A DNA stretch of 63,834 nucleotides, counting the filler, from Reticulomyxa filosa (Eukaryota; Protista; Foraminifera): NCBI GenBank assembly GCA_000512085.1. It is 14 parts of 14 records of this genome, joined end to end, with 100 filler letters (N's around TTAATTAATTAA, not from the genome) between each part and the next. Parts side by side here need not be neighbours in the genome. Positions count along the whole stretch, not along the records: positions 16,623 to 42,694 come from ASPP01004160.1; 13 more parts are not named here. The stretch is one strand, 5' to 3'. A program made the position numbers and the translations under genes. The notes beneath the pieces were generated by a model that was not told where the DNA came from, did not search any database, and saw nothing but the letters and a program-made list of their open reading frames with translations. Of this stretch, positions 24,001-37,900 are shown piece by piece. Numbering within the stretch: the stretch's first letter is position 1; the number at the start of each line of letters is the position of its first letter.

Positions 24001-25716
24001 CCTTCGTCTTATGACTACTCGCAAAAGAAACCTGGTCTTGTCAGTGAATGGAGTCAGTCCAGACAAAAGGACAAGCACGACTACGTTACCAATGGTGACA
24101 AAGGCGCAGATGACACCGAAGACGATTTGAACTATGACGAGTTTCAAGACCAAATGAAGCAAATACAGACTGCAGTTTTTGCAATCCCTCTTTTTTTTTT
24201 TTTTTTTTTTTATATTAAAAAATGCTATATATGTATACATATATACTCCTCTCTCTTTCTCTTCGATCTTCTCTGCTCCCACTTCTTCATCCAAATTTCA
24301 CAATAGAATACAGTGTCCAAGTCCGCCAAAATTCGAATCGAAATCCCAGAAAATGCGGCTGGAGAACTCTTGGGAAATTTTATCGCTTCGCAAATTGGCA
24401 TCTGCGTTCCATCTGCCGATGTGATTACATCCAAAGACTCGGATCGCGCGTTCCATTTGTTAAGCGAATACGGGTACGGCGATGAGTACAAAAACGCGGG
24501 AACTCCTCCCACCATACTTGTGTTTGAAGAGTTGGAAGGAATGGGCATCAACACATTGCAAGTGGCAGCCGAAACCATCCAACGCGAAAGGTATTTGATT
24601 CGAAATGTCGTTCGCAAAATCATGGGCAAAAAATTCCCACAAAAACTGGGCAAACATTGCAAAGCTCTTTTAAGGGACGCCGGATTCATCTTTGCTTTGG
24701 ATGTTGCGTTGTGCAATCCGACTCGATTTCCTGTTGACGAACCATTTGAAGGCGTTGATGCGCCTGGTTAATTATTTTGATGCAAATGCAATATTTTTTT
24801 TTTTTTTACAATAAAACAATAAAACAATAATATGCGCTGGTATGTGTACATTTCATATGATGAAAAAAGAACTGTTGTGGGTCGGCAAAGATGAAGAAGG
24901 CGATTACTCGTTGTATTCAATAGAGAATCCATTATTTGGTCCGGACAAACTTTCCTTCATTAATAAATCAGGCCACTATGCTCATTTAGAACGCTTGTCA
25001 ACTTTTTTTAGAGCCGTCAACTCTTATTATCGCTTCGTTCATCAAGCTCAATTCCAAAAAGACGTCCCTGCAAGTGTCACCATCGTCAACAACAGCTTAA
25101 TGCAAGAGACGATCAACAAGTCCATTAAAATAGTTGCCGAATTGTTGTATAATAATATGTGCTCGATTTACGAATTGGAACAAAAAAACTCCACGAACAA
25201 AACAATTCACAAAGAAAAAGCCATTTCGTTATTCATGCCATTCATCGTTGAAGGTATATTTATGTTGAGATATAAACATATGTATATATACTTATTTCTA
25301 TATTTAGATTAATTTGCGTTTGTAGTGGATGTCGGTATGCAAAAACATACACACAAATAGGGTTTTTAATTGGTTTGCTCGAATTAAGTGACTTGAATAT
25401 GGATGATTTAATAAATGTCAGTGATGACATCAAATCTTTGGATAATCGAATGAGTGGGATTGAATATTTGGACATGGAATATTTAAAAACTTTTTTACAA
25501 ATTTGTCGCAAATTTGTTCCCGAAATCAAGCTTGTCGAAGAAAAAGAGGAAGCTGAAGAAACAGAAAGTAACAGCAACAGTGAGAATGACAGTGCAGACG
25601 AAGAACAAGATTTTGAAGAGGAATCAAGCAAAAGCGCTTCTCCAAGTATGAGTGAAGACGAAGAAGCGTTGTTAATGATGAAACTACAATGCATGTTTCC
25701 AGAGGCAGAAAATTGA
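21002..25716 (+). CDS. Multi-exon protein: N-terminal PH domain, long low-complexity linker, C-terminal actin-fragmin-kinase-like domain
   Basis: PH: 'IIRQGMLKKQGKHKKTMRKYYCVL...FQVITTKRTWEFEAETENDANQWILAI'. AFK-like: 'GELLGNFIASQIGICVP..V', 'LVFEELEG', 'FALDVALCNPTRFP' and 'YSIEN'. GT-AG introns link the co-oriented ORFs. Confidence 0.7.
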
Positions 25717-26201
25717 TCTTTGTGTCATTTATATATTTGTTTTTGTTTTTTAAGATTTGACGCCTGCTGTCTTTTGTGGTTGGTATTGGCAATGTGATTT
25801 TTGTTTTTCATAACTTTTTTTTACATATTTGGAATAACCACCGTAACTTCATCAATAAACATCTCATAGATATCACAAAAATTACGCTGATTCGCAAACT
25901 TTTGCATGAAGCGTAGTTCCGTAAAAGAAAATCTTTAGCAAATTTTTTCATTGGATGTTGGATTTGTTTAGGTTGTTTCTAAAATTTGGAGATGAAGATT
26001 GAAACGACATTTTCGCGACTGAAACAACAAGATACCACAAACTACAAAAAAAATTGGGGGAAAATTGTAAGATTAAATACAGAGATATGATTTCACCACT
26101 AGACTCTGACGGTGAATAAGACATTACCCTATGTGCAAAAAAAAAGCGAGAATTGGAGAGGGGAGAGCAATAGATAAAAATGTAAGATTAATGTTTGACA
26201 C

Positions 26202-28603
26202 GTGTTGAGAACAGACGAAGTGGACCAGTTTGGCAAAAAGTCATTTGGAATTGCAACGATGGATGTAGTCGAAAGTCTTCGCGACAATAATAACATAAAC
26301 AATGGGAACAACGACGTCATTCCTCCACTGAAGCGAAAAAAGAAAAAGCGTAAAAGTGTAAAAAATGTGGGAGTGAACGAGGTAAACGATCAGCAAATGT
26401 CATTGTTAGTAGACGATCATTTGGACTCAAAAGTGAACGCAGAAGACAAAGTATTAAAAAAAAAGAAACGGAAGACACCAAAAAACAAGAAGCGCAGCAG
26501 TTACCAAAGGAGTCCTCTTTGATGTCGTTGCTATCCCACCCACAGCTATTTTCGGATTGGCAAAGTCATGAGCCCCGACTGAAATGGTGTTACTTGTTTG
26601 CCTTTGTGGCCTCGATTGACATAATGGTGAACATTCCAACACTGTACGATGCCTGCACTCACGCATCTCCCAACAATGAGTATCTGTACGCCGAGATATT
26701 TGCATGCTATGTCACCTTCCAAGTCATTGGATCGTTGCTGTTGGGCACATGGATGGACCGACGTCCGATCACAGATATCTTGTTGTTGTGTTCATTCATT
26801 TTGACCATTGGCAATTTTTGCTACACCCATGGCGCCGCAAAACATAATGGGGTGCTTTTGCTCGTCGGCCGTGGACTATGCGGTTGGAGCGCTAGTGTTT
26901 TAGTCATTGGCTATGCTCACGTCACCCGATCTAGCACAAAACGCACTCGAGAAGAGCGAATTATTTGGTTCAAGTTCATTTCCAGTGTTGGTGCTATTGT
27001 TGGACCTTGTATGTATGTACGTATTACTTTTTTTTTTTTTTTTTAAAATTGAGTGGCATATCATGTCGCACACGTGCGCGCGTGACATGTGTGCATGTAC
27101 AAATTAATTCGTATATATTTTGTACACGTTACACTTGCACTTTCTGTGTGGTCACTAACGAGACATGTACATATATATATATATACTTTTTTACACATAA
27201 TATATAAATAATATGTAAAGTAATCGGGGTTTTATTGTCATCGATCGATGCGCAAAATACTATTGGGTGGGAGATATCGGATGACAATTCAGGATCTTTT
27301 GCAGTGGTATGAACCTGCGTATATCTTGTTCTTTTTTTTATTGTTGTTGTCAGTAATAAAATGCGACACGATGCACACATTACAACATACAAGATGTGCA
27401 TAAGTGGGATATACTTCCTCTCTTTATCCACGTGGATGGTGCTGGACCATATGAAGAAAAGAAAACACGTACCCCGGGATATCGGGGATTTGTATGGCTC
27501 TCAAGAGTCCAAATGTTTCGTTATCGCTTTTCTGTTGTTCTTGTGAATTTTACCACTCTTGTACGTTTTACTTTTTTTTTTTTTTTTTTTTTTGGAAAAT
27601 GGCTGGAAACATGACATACTCCAAAGCTGTCCAATTCGACATTGAAGATGATATTGAGTCAGAGCATTCGTTTCGATGGGCTAGCGATCGGTTTTGTTCC
27701 AAACAAGCTCTATTGCTATGGTTTTGGTACACTACCATTGTTTTTTCATGTTAAATTAACCAAGCATTATTGTGCATTCTATACTGTGTGATGTTTATGC
27801 GCTTCCAACATATGCCAAGTAACGACACTTTGATTTGCTTGTGTGTGTGTGTGTTGTGTGAACACAATTTTGATCAGTTTGGTCATTCGAAGCTGCCATT
27901 CTTCCAATTGGAGGGTCCAAAGGGTCGGACTGGAGCAAACGGGAATTGTATGGAATATTCACGTTCATTGGAGTAATTTATGTGCTATCTTTTTCATTCA
28001 ACAAATGGTTAATGAATAAACTCCACATCACCAAAGAAAAACGAATCATTGGCTCGTTGCTTTTAATGACCGTTGGTTGCTTGTGGCTAACGCCATTTAC
28101 CAATTCAATTGACATTTCTCCTTGGCAAGTCATCATTGCTTCTCCTTTTTTGACAAGCGGCTTTTGCGTTGCAACAATCCAAATCTCGTCCATGTATTGC
28201 AAGTTGGTTGGTCACACCGTTGGAGATTTAGGAGTTCGAATGTCCTGGTTTTTTGCCTTTGCTTCCTTCGGATTTTTGAGTGGTCCTGTTTATGGCTATT
28301 TGCTCATTCGTCATTTTGGCACTGTCAACTTTGTTTCTCACACGTAATTTATTTATTTATTTTTGGATGATTTGTGCTCTTTTGATTATCCAATGTAAAT
28401 GATTCACAGAGAGAGAATGTAAAACATAATATAGAAATGCCATGCTTTTGATGTTCGCGTCTCTAACGGCTCTTGCGTCAGTATCAACAAGTTTCGATGC
28501 CTCCAGCGCCTCTTCGTCAATTGCTAATCCAAATTCTGTCAATTTCGAAACTGTGACCAATCTGCAAACCATTAAAGGAAATGCGCTATCTGATCGCTTG
28601 TAA
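26202..28603 (+). CDS. Major facilitator superfamily transporter (MFSD8/CLN7-like), multi-exon
   Basis: MFS motif A 'GSLLLGTWMDRRP', 'LLVGRGLCG', 'GAIVGP' and a second-half 'GFLSGPVYG'. Many TM helices. A homopolymer frameshift lies near 26460. Confidence 0.85.
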
Positions 28604-28935
28604 ACTTATTTGCATCAGTCAAATAAAGTTGAACATGTGGTTGGGCTTGCTTTTTGAAATTGTTTGATCAATCACTAATAATGTTAACGAAAAAAGAGTT
28701 AATTCGATCATATTTCTTTTTATCTCTTTCTGTTTTAGTGCAATGTTCTTTTTTTTGTTATTGTTTTATTTTCGGCCTAAGACATGTGTGGTTTTTTTAT
28801 CAACAATATTGTTTTTCTGATCCAACCGAGAGTATTCAGCACACTGTTCTAATTCATTGTTCTCACTCTGTCATCTAAGAACTTAACTCATTACTTAGCA
28901 TAATTTTTTTTACAAACTATGCTATATTTTAGCAA

Positions 28936-31900
28936 ATGTTCTTTCGCTCAGAACACGTTGCTGATTCACACTTAATTGTGGGTTTATTGGCAGGTTTATT
29001 TGTACCTGCAGATCTTGAAAAATGCAGCACTTCACAAAGGTTTCAACTGTGATAACAATTTAGAAACGAAGAGTACTGGGGGTATGGTTGTAAGGAAAGT
29101 GCATTTGTAGCATGAATGCAAACTACCCTGTGAAATTTTATTGATTTGATAGTATCGGTTATGAATGACCATGTATACCGAAAAAATAACAGTGTATGAG
29201 TTACTTCGAGGGATTTGGCAGGTGCCACCTGATTTGCTGCAGCAAAGTGTTCCGGTCCCTACGCCATCAGTCCAATCACATTCGGGCTGTGAGGCTTCCG
29301 CGTTTTCATTTGTCTCATGGCTACAGCAAATGTAAATTGACCACGTAGAAAACAAACAAAAAAGGACAGAGAGGAAATACCTCTGCTGTGTGCACATGCG
29401 ATGTAATGAAAGAGTACACAACAAAATAAGCAATATGGCATAACAACATAGAGAGGATAATGAAGACGAAGAGACAACAAATACATTTAAATTAAAAGAC
29501 TTGGATGACATTTTGAACGAAGTGCTTGATTCCAAAAATGACCAACTTTTGATGTGAGCTATAAATATGCTTCATTTATATATATGTATATATATATTTT
29601 TAAAATAAAGAAAACGATTTTTTTTAATTATATGATCAATAGTTAATTATTATCATATTTCCTTCCTTCTTTTCTTCAAACTATATCTTTTTAAAAAGGG
29701 TTATCCAAATGAAATGTTGTGATAGGGAATGGAGAGACGAGACAGTGAATGACCCAAATGTGTCAAATGAATTGTTGGAGCACATCCATGTATGGACCTC
29801 TACTTAAGAAATTTTTTTCGTATATTTGCTCCTCTTGGAAGGCTGACACACTTCTTGGGTCAAACTTTAAACAAATACATGACAGAAGCAAAGTGATCGC
29901 AATAAAGACAAAACTGACAAAAAAGAGAATACATCTCAACAAAATGCCAACTGTTCTGTGGCAATTGAGAAAGCTATTGTTGACATCAGTGAGAGTGCGA
30001 TCGATGATAATAAAAACAAAAAGAAGATCGTTGCAACAATTGAGAGCAAGGAGAAAGGAACAAAAGTCATCAAAATTGATGGGAGTTCGAGTGAAGAACT
30101 AGAACCACAGAAGACGACAATTCGCAGAAATGAACCACAACCAACACTTTCTAAAAAAAGAAAATTGGGTTTGCCTTTTTTTGTTTTTGTTTTTTTTTTA
30201 ATCCAATAATAAAGATAAAAAAAACCTTAAATTTAACAAAATATTTTTGTGACGTCACCTATCACCCTCGGGACTTACACTGAATGTTCCGTTCCGGCTC
30301 GGTTCCGGACGTGTTCCGGACGTGTTCCCGTTTGCATGGATGAACAAAAAAAAAAAAAAGAAGATATCGCTGGCAGAGAAGAACGTGGTAGATGAAGCTG
30401 GACCCCCTAAAAAAAGACGAAGACATTTGAGGATTAGAACGAAAGAGGAAGACACAGCTGTGAAAGCAAATGAGTGCATAGTGAAAGAGATGAAAGAAGA
30501 AGAAGAAAAAGTCGAGCAAGAGAAACAAAGCAAGATAACAGACAAACACACCGTCGTGGATCTCTCAGAGCCAGAGACGAATGTAGAGACAGCGATAAAG
30601 AGAGACAAGGACGAAACAGATAAAAAAAATGTAGAAGTAATAGAGATAGAATTGGAAGTAGAGACAAAACCGAAATCAAAAGCAAAAAAACAAGAAAAAG
30701 AAAAGAAGGAAGAAGAAACGAAAAAAGAAAAAAAAGACAAAATGAAAACGGAAAAGAAAGAAGAAATGATGAAAGTAGAGGAGACGTATTCAAGTGGGAA
30801 AATGCTGGACAATTTGTTAGGAAAAGAGGAGCTATTGAAATATGGAAATGACTTGTTGCAATTCTTTAATGACAAGTTTCAGATGGATGTGAGCAAAATT
30901 CCATTGGAATTGGATCCCATGTCTCATCATCCGTCCAAGTCCAAAGAGGACAATGAGACATGGGAGATGGATCATCACTTGAATTGGAGCACAATGCAAA
31001 AGTTGATTGAGACGATTATTCAAACAAACGCCATTACAACAGCAACAGCAACAACGACAACAACAGCAACGTCAACAAGCAATACAAAAAACGACAACAA
31101 AAGTGAACATAATAACACAAACATTGGCCGCATTGATAACGACAAGCCACGATTGGGCAAACATTTGGAGATAAGTGAATTGGAGAGATTGTTTGGCATT
31201 GTGGACGAAGTGTTGGAGAAAGAATGGAGTGAGACGATGTGTGGCTACAATAACAGCATCAGCGACGAAGAGACACTGCCGACACTCACGTCGCAACTGC
31301 AACAGCATGCACTCCAATTGAGCAAAATCATGCATGCTGCAATAATCGCATTACTGGTCATGAACTGCCAAGACGCTCCCAGAAAACTCATCCAAGAAAA
31401 CATGCTTCGCAACATTAGCAAGTTCACACACTTTGTTATCAACCATTTGCTTTCGCCGTGGAAAGATGCAAATCTGCGAGCGGAAAGTTGCTTCACTCCA
31501 AAGTTTGAATCCGACTCAGGTTTTTATGTTTTTATGTTTTATGCACTTTTATCTTTCTTTGTATTAGATATATGTGGTGATATCCTCTACTCTCTTTTGT
31601 TCGTCCTTGGTAATGGCCTTGTTAGCGTGCGATGCAAAGACTCAACGGAAAAAAAACGAGTTGCGACAAACAACAACGGCAATCCCAAAAAGAAAACGAA
31701 AAAAACAGACGAGTCAATGGCAAATGTGGATGACTTTTGGGAAGGAGGGATTGGCGAGCATTTGGCAATGCTGTATTCTCCGATGACCACGTATGTGCTA
31801 CCTCTGCTATCTCAACTAATCGAAAAAGAGTCGAACTTGAACGACGGGGACGTCCATCAACTGCTGACGTTGTGCTTCAATTCATTTCGTGTGAGCAACT

Positions 31901-34900
31901 TCCAACCAGTTCAAGAGAAATGCGAGGCTGTGATTGAGAGCATTTGGAATCATCCGAAATACCAGCAGTCTCCCGAAATGAGGCAAGATATACTGACAAG
32001 AATGCTGGACATGTTCGACGATGCCAAATGCGTCACCATTTTTTATACGCTGAAGAATGGAAATTCCATCTTGCTATGCAGCGCCATGGCTTTGCGCATT
32101 TTCCAGTCCATGTCTGTGTCGTCGCAAGTCCAGCACGTATGGACTGATAAACAGAGAATGGACGAACTGACCACCATTGAGCAGAACTCGCTATTTAAGC
32201 AGATCATCATCCATCCTTTCCTTACCATTCAAACCACTCTCAACCAATTTATTGGAGTTTTGTTTGTTTATTTGTTTGTTATTTTCTCTCTTTCATTTAT
32301 CATGGTTCTGAAATAACATCAATTTTGTGTTGGGTGCAAAAAAAAAAAAAAAAAAAGCAATTACTAAGACATTGCGTGTTCACGCGTGAAAACAAAGATA
32401 TTTTAAGTGCAATCGTCAGGGACTTGTTGTCCGTGTATCAGTTCCCAGAGTGGCCCATTGCAGAAACCTGCTTGTGGATCATCGGCAAATACCTCACGCA
32501 GATTTTGAAAAAAGGACAGACTGCAGTAGCGACGGGTGAAGAAGGGGACGACGAAAATGCCAATAATAATAACAATAATGACAATAATAATGACATAATC
32601 GAAAACGACAAAGAAAACAAGTCTCTCAATAAAATGAGAGTGTACATCATCGATGCATTGACGCAAATTTGTGCATGCGTCAAGCAATGCATTGCCCCTT
32701 TTGCAAAGAAGAAAAACTCTGTCGATGCGTCGAGCAAAGAAAAGAGCGAGAGTGACAGCAAGTCTGACGAACCACGCATTACAATTTCCTGCATTTGTGG
32801 CGAAACCAACTACTCCAAAGAGGAGCCTTTGTTGGTCTGTGTCGACTGCCATACGGCGTCTCACAGGGATTGCGTCGCCGTCTCTCAAAAACTCGAACAC
32901 GGCAAGTTCTTTGATGAACAGGATTGGTGTTGCACGTTTTGCAATGCTCGTCGAGCGGTCATGATCGCATCACGTGAAACAAAACATTTGCAACTCGACA
33001 AGTTTTTATCTGTTTATTCGTTTGCAAAAAAAAAAAACAAACTTACATTTATGACGTGTGTATATTGTGCGAACAGTTTGGATATGGATATGATAAGCAA
33101 TATTTTATTAATCAATTATTTGTCTATGCAGTTAAATTGAAACTCAAATGATTTCTTAAATTCTTTTGGATAAATTGTGATCAAAACAAATAACAACCAG
33201 AATAAACGGAGACGTGTCGCCAATTGAAGCCTCTGCACGTCAGTACCATGTAATGCATTGGCTGACTTCATTGCATCAAACTTACTTGGCAAAGCTCGCT
33301 GGCCCGGACACAAAGGCTGAGGACGTCATTCTTGACATTGAGTCCAAACAAGCCGTCGTCAAAAGTGACAGTGACGATGAAAGTCGTGAGCATAAACGCG
33401 ATCGTGGACGAGGACGAGGAAGAGGTCGAGGTCGCAGACGTGGTCGTGGTCGTGGTCGTGGTCGTGGGCGTCGTCAGAGCGATGATGATGACGACGACGA
33501 CAATGATGATGACAATAACGATGATAGTGATGACAACGACGAAGACTACGAGGAGGCAGCATCGGCTAAACAGAAACGAGGACGAGGACGAGGACGTGGC
33601 CGTGGTCGTGGTCGTAGACGTGGTCGTGGTCGTGGTCAAACAAGGGAAACCAATGGTATATGATCTGTGCCTGTATTATTATCTTTCTTTTAGACAGCAA
33701 AGACATGTTGAACGTGGCATATAGAAAGTGAAGAAGAGACTACCACGAAAGCGACAAAGGGTCGATCGAAGAGAAAGCAAGGCGATCAAAGTGATAGCAA
33801 TGACGACGACGAGAAGGAAAACCCAAATTCGCAGACGGAAAAAAGGGAAGTGGGAAGAACATCTGATATCAAAATTGACAAAAAGGCACAGCCAGTTAAT
33901 CCGTTGGCATGGAGCCTATTTTGCAACTTTTGGCCATTTGAGCAATTTCGCAAGTTTGGAAAGTTGGACTTGCCACATTTCCTGAAAGAGCAGACCATTC
34001 GCATCAATGTGCAGTTGTCGATGAAACGACGACTCGTCGCAGCCAGTTGCAATGAATATGTCAGTGTGATATTGCACGAGTTGCAACACGCAGTCTCCAA
34101 AAATAGAGCCAAGGCTTTGAAATCGCTGTTGACGATTGTCAATGTCGATCCAAAGATCTTGCAGTCGAACATGATCAAGCAAATTATTCGAGGCAAGTTG
34201 TCCGACAAAGCAATCACCGTTCGCGAGGCTGCCGTCGATTTGGTAGGCAAGTATGTGCTCCTCTCGTCATCGTCACCGTCGGACTCGACAGACAACGAAT
34301 CCGAATATTTGCAAATGCTACTCAAAAGAATTAAAGACGCCGGAGTATCGGTTCGAAAAAAGGTCATTCAAATTTTGCAAGACTTGTGTTGTCTCTCCTT
34401 GACACCAACCAGCGGTAAAGGAAAAAACAACAACAGTGAGATAGGGACAAAACAAAAACAAAAAAAATCAATGACTTGTTTGCAATTGGAGTGTCCCACA
34501 TGAATAAACATGATTAAAAAAAACACATACACACAAAGGTTCGGTGAGATATCATCCAAAATACAATGAAATTTGCTCGGCGTTATTGTCTCGAATGACT
34601 GACACAAATGAACGCATAGTGAAGTTGGTGACGCAAACGTTTGAACAGATGTGGTTCGGTGGACGCACGTCCGGAAACACTACTGCGAATAACGGCGATG
34701 AAGTCAGTGAAAGGGACTTTGTAAGCAGCCGGCAAATTTTAAGCAATCGACTGGTGAAGTTTGATCAATACAATATCAAAGTATATTCCGCCGAGTTTGA
34801 GTGCTTGGTGGAACAAATTTGCAACAGCATTTGTGGAATTGATGACAACAGTCGCAATCGATTGACTGAAGTCATATCCAATATGGTCCAATCCAAAGGG

Positions 34901-37900
34901 TCCACTTCAAAGTCCATCAAAGCAGAGCAGCAGAGAGTGTACAGTATTTGCGATGATATGTGCAACGTCACTGTATCCAAGCTTGTCAAGTTTTGTCTTC
35001 CCTTTTTTTTTTTTTTAACAAATTCAAGGCGAATAATTGTGGAAATATATGTGTACATATACGTATAATCCATACATTAAAAAAAAAACAACAGCAAAGA
35101 GAGCTCCAGTTCACCTATAAATTTGTGGGTGTCCACTTTGCATGTGTTTTGCGGTGTCGATGCGTCGCTGCTGGCCAATCACTTTGAAGAAATCTGTTTA
35201 TGTTTACAAGATCCAACATCGTCATTGCCATCCAGCACCAATGACAACGCTAGCGTGGTGAAAATGGCCCAGATCATCAGCAAAATTGCACCCTATGTAA
35301 AGGCGCCCACAAGGTCGTCCATGAACTATTTGCACACTACATTGCGACATATTGTGTGGAGTTTTTCACTGAAAAATTTGAGGAGTGACACTTGCGACGG
35401 CACCGTGATGTTGGAGGCGTGCGTCGAATGCTTTTGCAATGTCGTCAAATATATGTCCAAAGATTACTCGCTATTCGGAAACAATTTGTGCAATTTATTT
35501 GAAGTGCTATACTGTCGCTTGCACAATGAAATGTGGGCCAATTGCAAAAGCGTCCCTACCGATATGTTGGCTTTGAGGTCGTTGATTTCCTTGAGTTTGT
35601 TCGTCAAAAATTTCAACGTCATCGAAATCATCCCTCGCTTTGAGTTCAAAAGGAATCTGATTGGATTATCGGACATTGCCGATCAAGATCTTGAAAATTC
35701 ACACAACCGAGATCTTATCGAGCCCTCCCCGAAAAAGCCTAATCCAAATGATACATCGAAAAATAATGCAGAGATGCTCTTTCATTTATCGTCCACCGCC
35801 AAGTTTTTTTGTGTTTCTATTGAGTGTATGGCCATCCTTTTTTTTTAAAAAAAATGTTGTTATATATACATATATATTATTTTTTTTGGGGCAAATTAGA
35901 GTGTTCTTGCATAATGTGTTCGAAATGCTTCTGAGATTTGTCTATGCAAAAGACGGATCTATTCCATGCGCCGCGATAATAGGACTGTGTCATTTTTACT
36001 CACGTTATTACGTTTTGTTTATTAATCACCCACGTTCAGTTGAAGCCTTTCGATATTGCTTATCGCAATCCAAAAATGTCACCTTACAATTTTTCGCTTT
36101 ACATGCGTTGCACGGGTTCTTGGTCGCCCATCATCAAACGGAATTATCTGTCCAAAACGTAGCAGTTCACACTGCCAATGACAGTTTGAAATTTTTCTAT
36201 TTTTTTTTTTTGTTTTGCAAGTTGGCCAAGTAATATTTTTTGTTTGTTATTTGGAAACGTGTGGGAATTAAAAAGAGCAAAAGCCGAAAAAGAAAAAAAT
36301 AACGAAGAAGAAGAAGAAGAAAAAAAATCCAAAGCGAAAGCAAAAGAATGATGACGGGGGCAGTGCGAATGAGGACAGTGATTGGTCTGATTTCTCTTCT
36401 TCGAATTCGCTAATTCGCGGTGCGAATAATGACGATGACGACAATGATGATAACAACAATAATGACGATGAACGTGAAAATGAGGACGTCCGTGGTGACA
36501 AGGCGTGGAACAATGCATCAATGAACAAACACAATCCTTTAGGTGGGGAAACGACCTTTGGCCATGATACTTGCGCTGCGGAGTTGATTACGGCAATGAA
36601 TAATATGTCCCCGCTAATTACAGACTTGACATTTTCCAAACATGGCGATGTCCGCAATGAGAGCACACGTGTCCTTTACGATCTTGTTATGCAGTCTTTG
36701 GTGTCTCCAATAGACTTGGTCCCCAGTATTTTCGCTCTTATGTTTGATTTGCAACACGCCAATATTCGAGAACAATGTCACTTTTTATTAAGCAAATTGG
36801 TGCACAAATATCCATCCGTATTTCGCACTTGCGTCATGGACGGCGTTGTCAAGGCGTTTTTGTTGATCACTACCGTGTTTCAAATTTCTTTTGTAGAAAA
36901 AGCGTTGGCATTTGAACAAGATGAGAAACAGCAAGGTTTGTTTTTAAGTTTTATTTTACGCCATGTTTTGCTTTATATCTGTATCTATCTATATATATAT
37001 GTAAATATATATGCATGTGTATGTATACAACTCTTTTTTTTTTACTAGTTTCACTTTTCAGTTCACTTGTGCGCATACGTATAATGTGTGATGTATGATG
37101 AACACGGAAAAGACCAAATGAATAATAAGAAGGTTGTCGGAGTGTTTCAAGATGGGATGAATCGATTGTTTAAGTTGTTTAAACTTTTCCTCGCCACAAG
37201 AACATGATATCGCAATTCATTAGCGAATTAACTCAATACTTTGACTTGGAAAGATTGGTTGATACATTTGCACCCAACACAAAACCGAATTCGTTATCGT
37301 TGTCATTGTCGTCTCCGACAAAAAAAGAAGAAAACAATGATCATGAACATGCTCAAAAGCTTTTGGTGGCCAAACTACAAAGTGTCGAGTTTGCCACATA
37401 TTTATGTCACATATTGTCTGTCTTAGATTTTCAAAGTGGTTTGGGTGATCAACCTTATCTTATTTGTTCGACCGTCGATTCATTTATTAAAAACAATATC
37501 GGGATTACTACCAATGAATTGATATCGCTCTACAAACGTGCGCGTAATCAAACTGAAGATTTTGCTGCTCTTTTTAATCGCTGCTGTGATTGTTTGATAT
37601 TGATCGTCGCGATTCAATTTCGTGACTTTTATCTGGTCTTTTTTTTTTGGTTTAATGACGCATGATAATCATGCATGTGTACAAATTAAAAAAATGGTTT
37701 GATTTGTTATATGTTTGTGAAAGGACTTATACGGAATGAATGAGGATTCGCTCCAAAAGTTTAAAGAGCAGGGAGGAAACAAAATGAAAAAAAGACGCCG
37801 TGGTAATATTAATAACAGTGCTCCTATTTCACAAATTCGTAGTGTTTTAAGAAAGAAAAAAACCGGGAAAGAGTTGATATCAGAACCGATTTTCATATTG

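Noticed and set aside
26450-26525. Programmed frameshift in the MFS gene (also near 16060 and 47490)
   Set aside because: Single-base shifts, mostly in or near homopolymers, are more simply explained as sequencing errors.
29032-29535. Minus-strand Cys-rich secreted-looking ORF
   Set aside because: It is probably the antisense shadow of the 5' NIPBL exons (PDLLQQSVPVPTP, EDNEDEETT...), which have splice signals on the plus strand.
30255-30875. Long hydrophobic minus-strand ORFs (also 16312-16518 and 33268-33639)
   Set aside because: They are reverse complements of K/E-rich, poly-Asn or RG/D-rich coding sequence.
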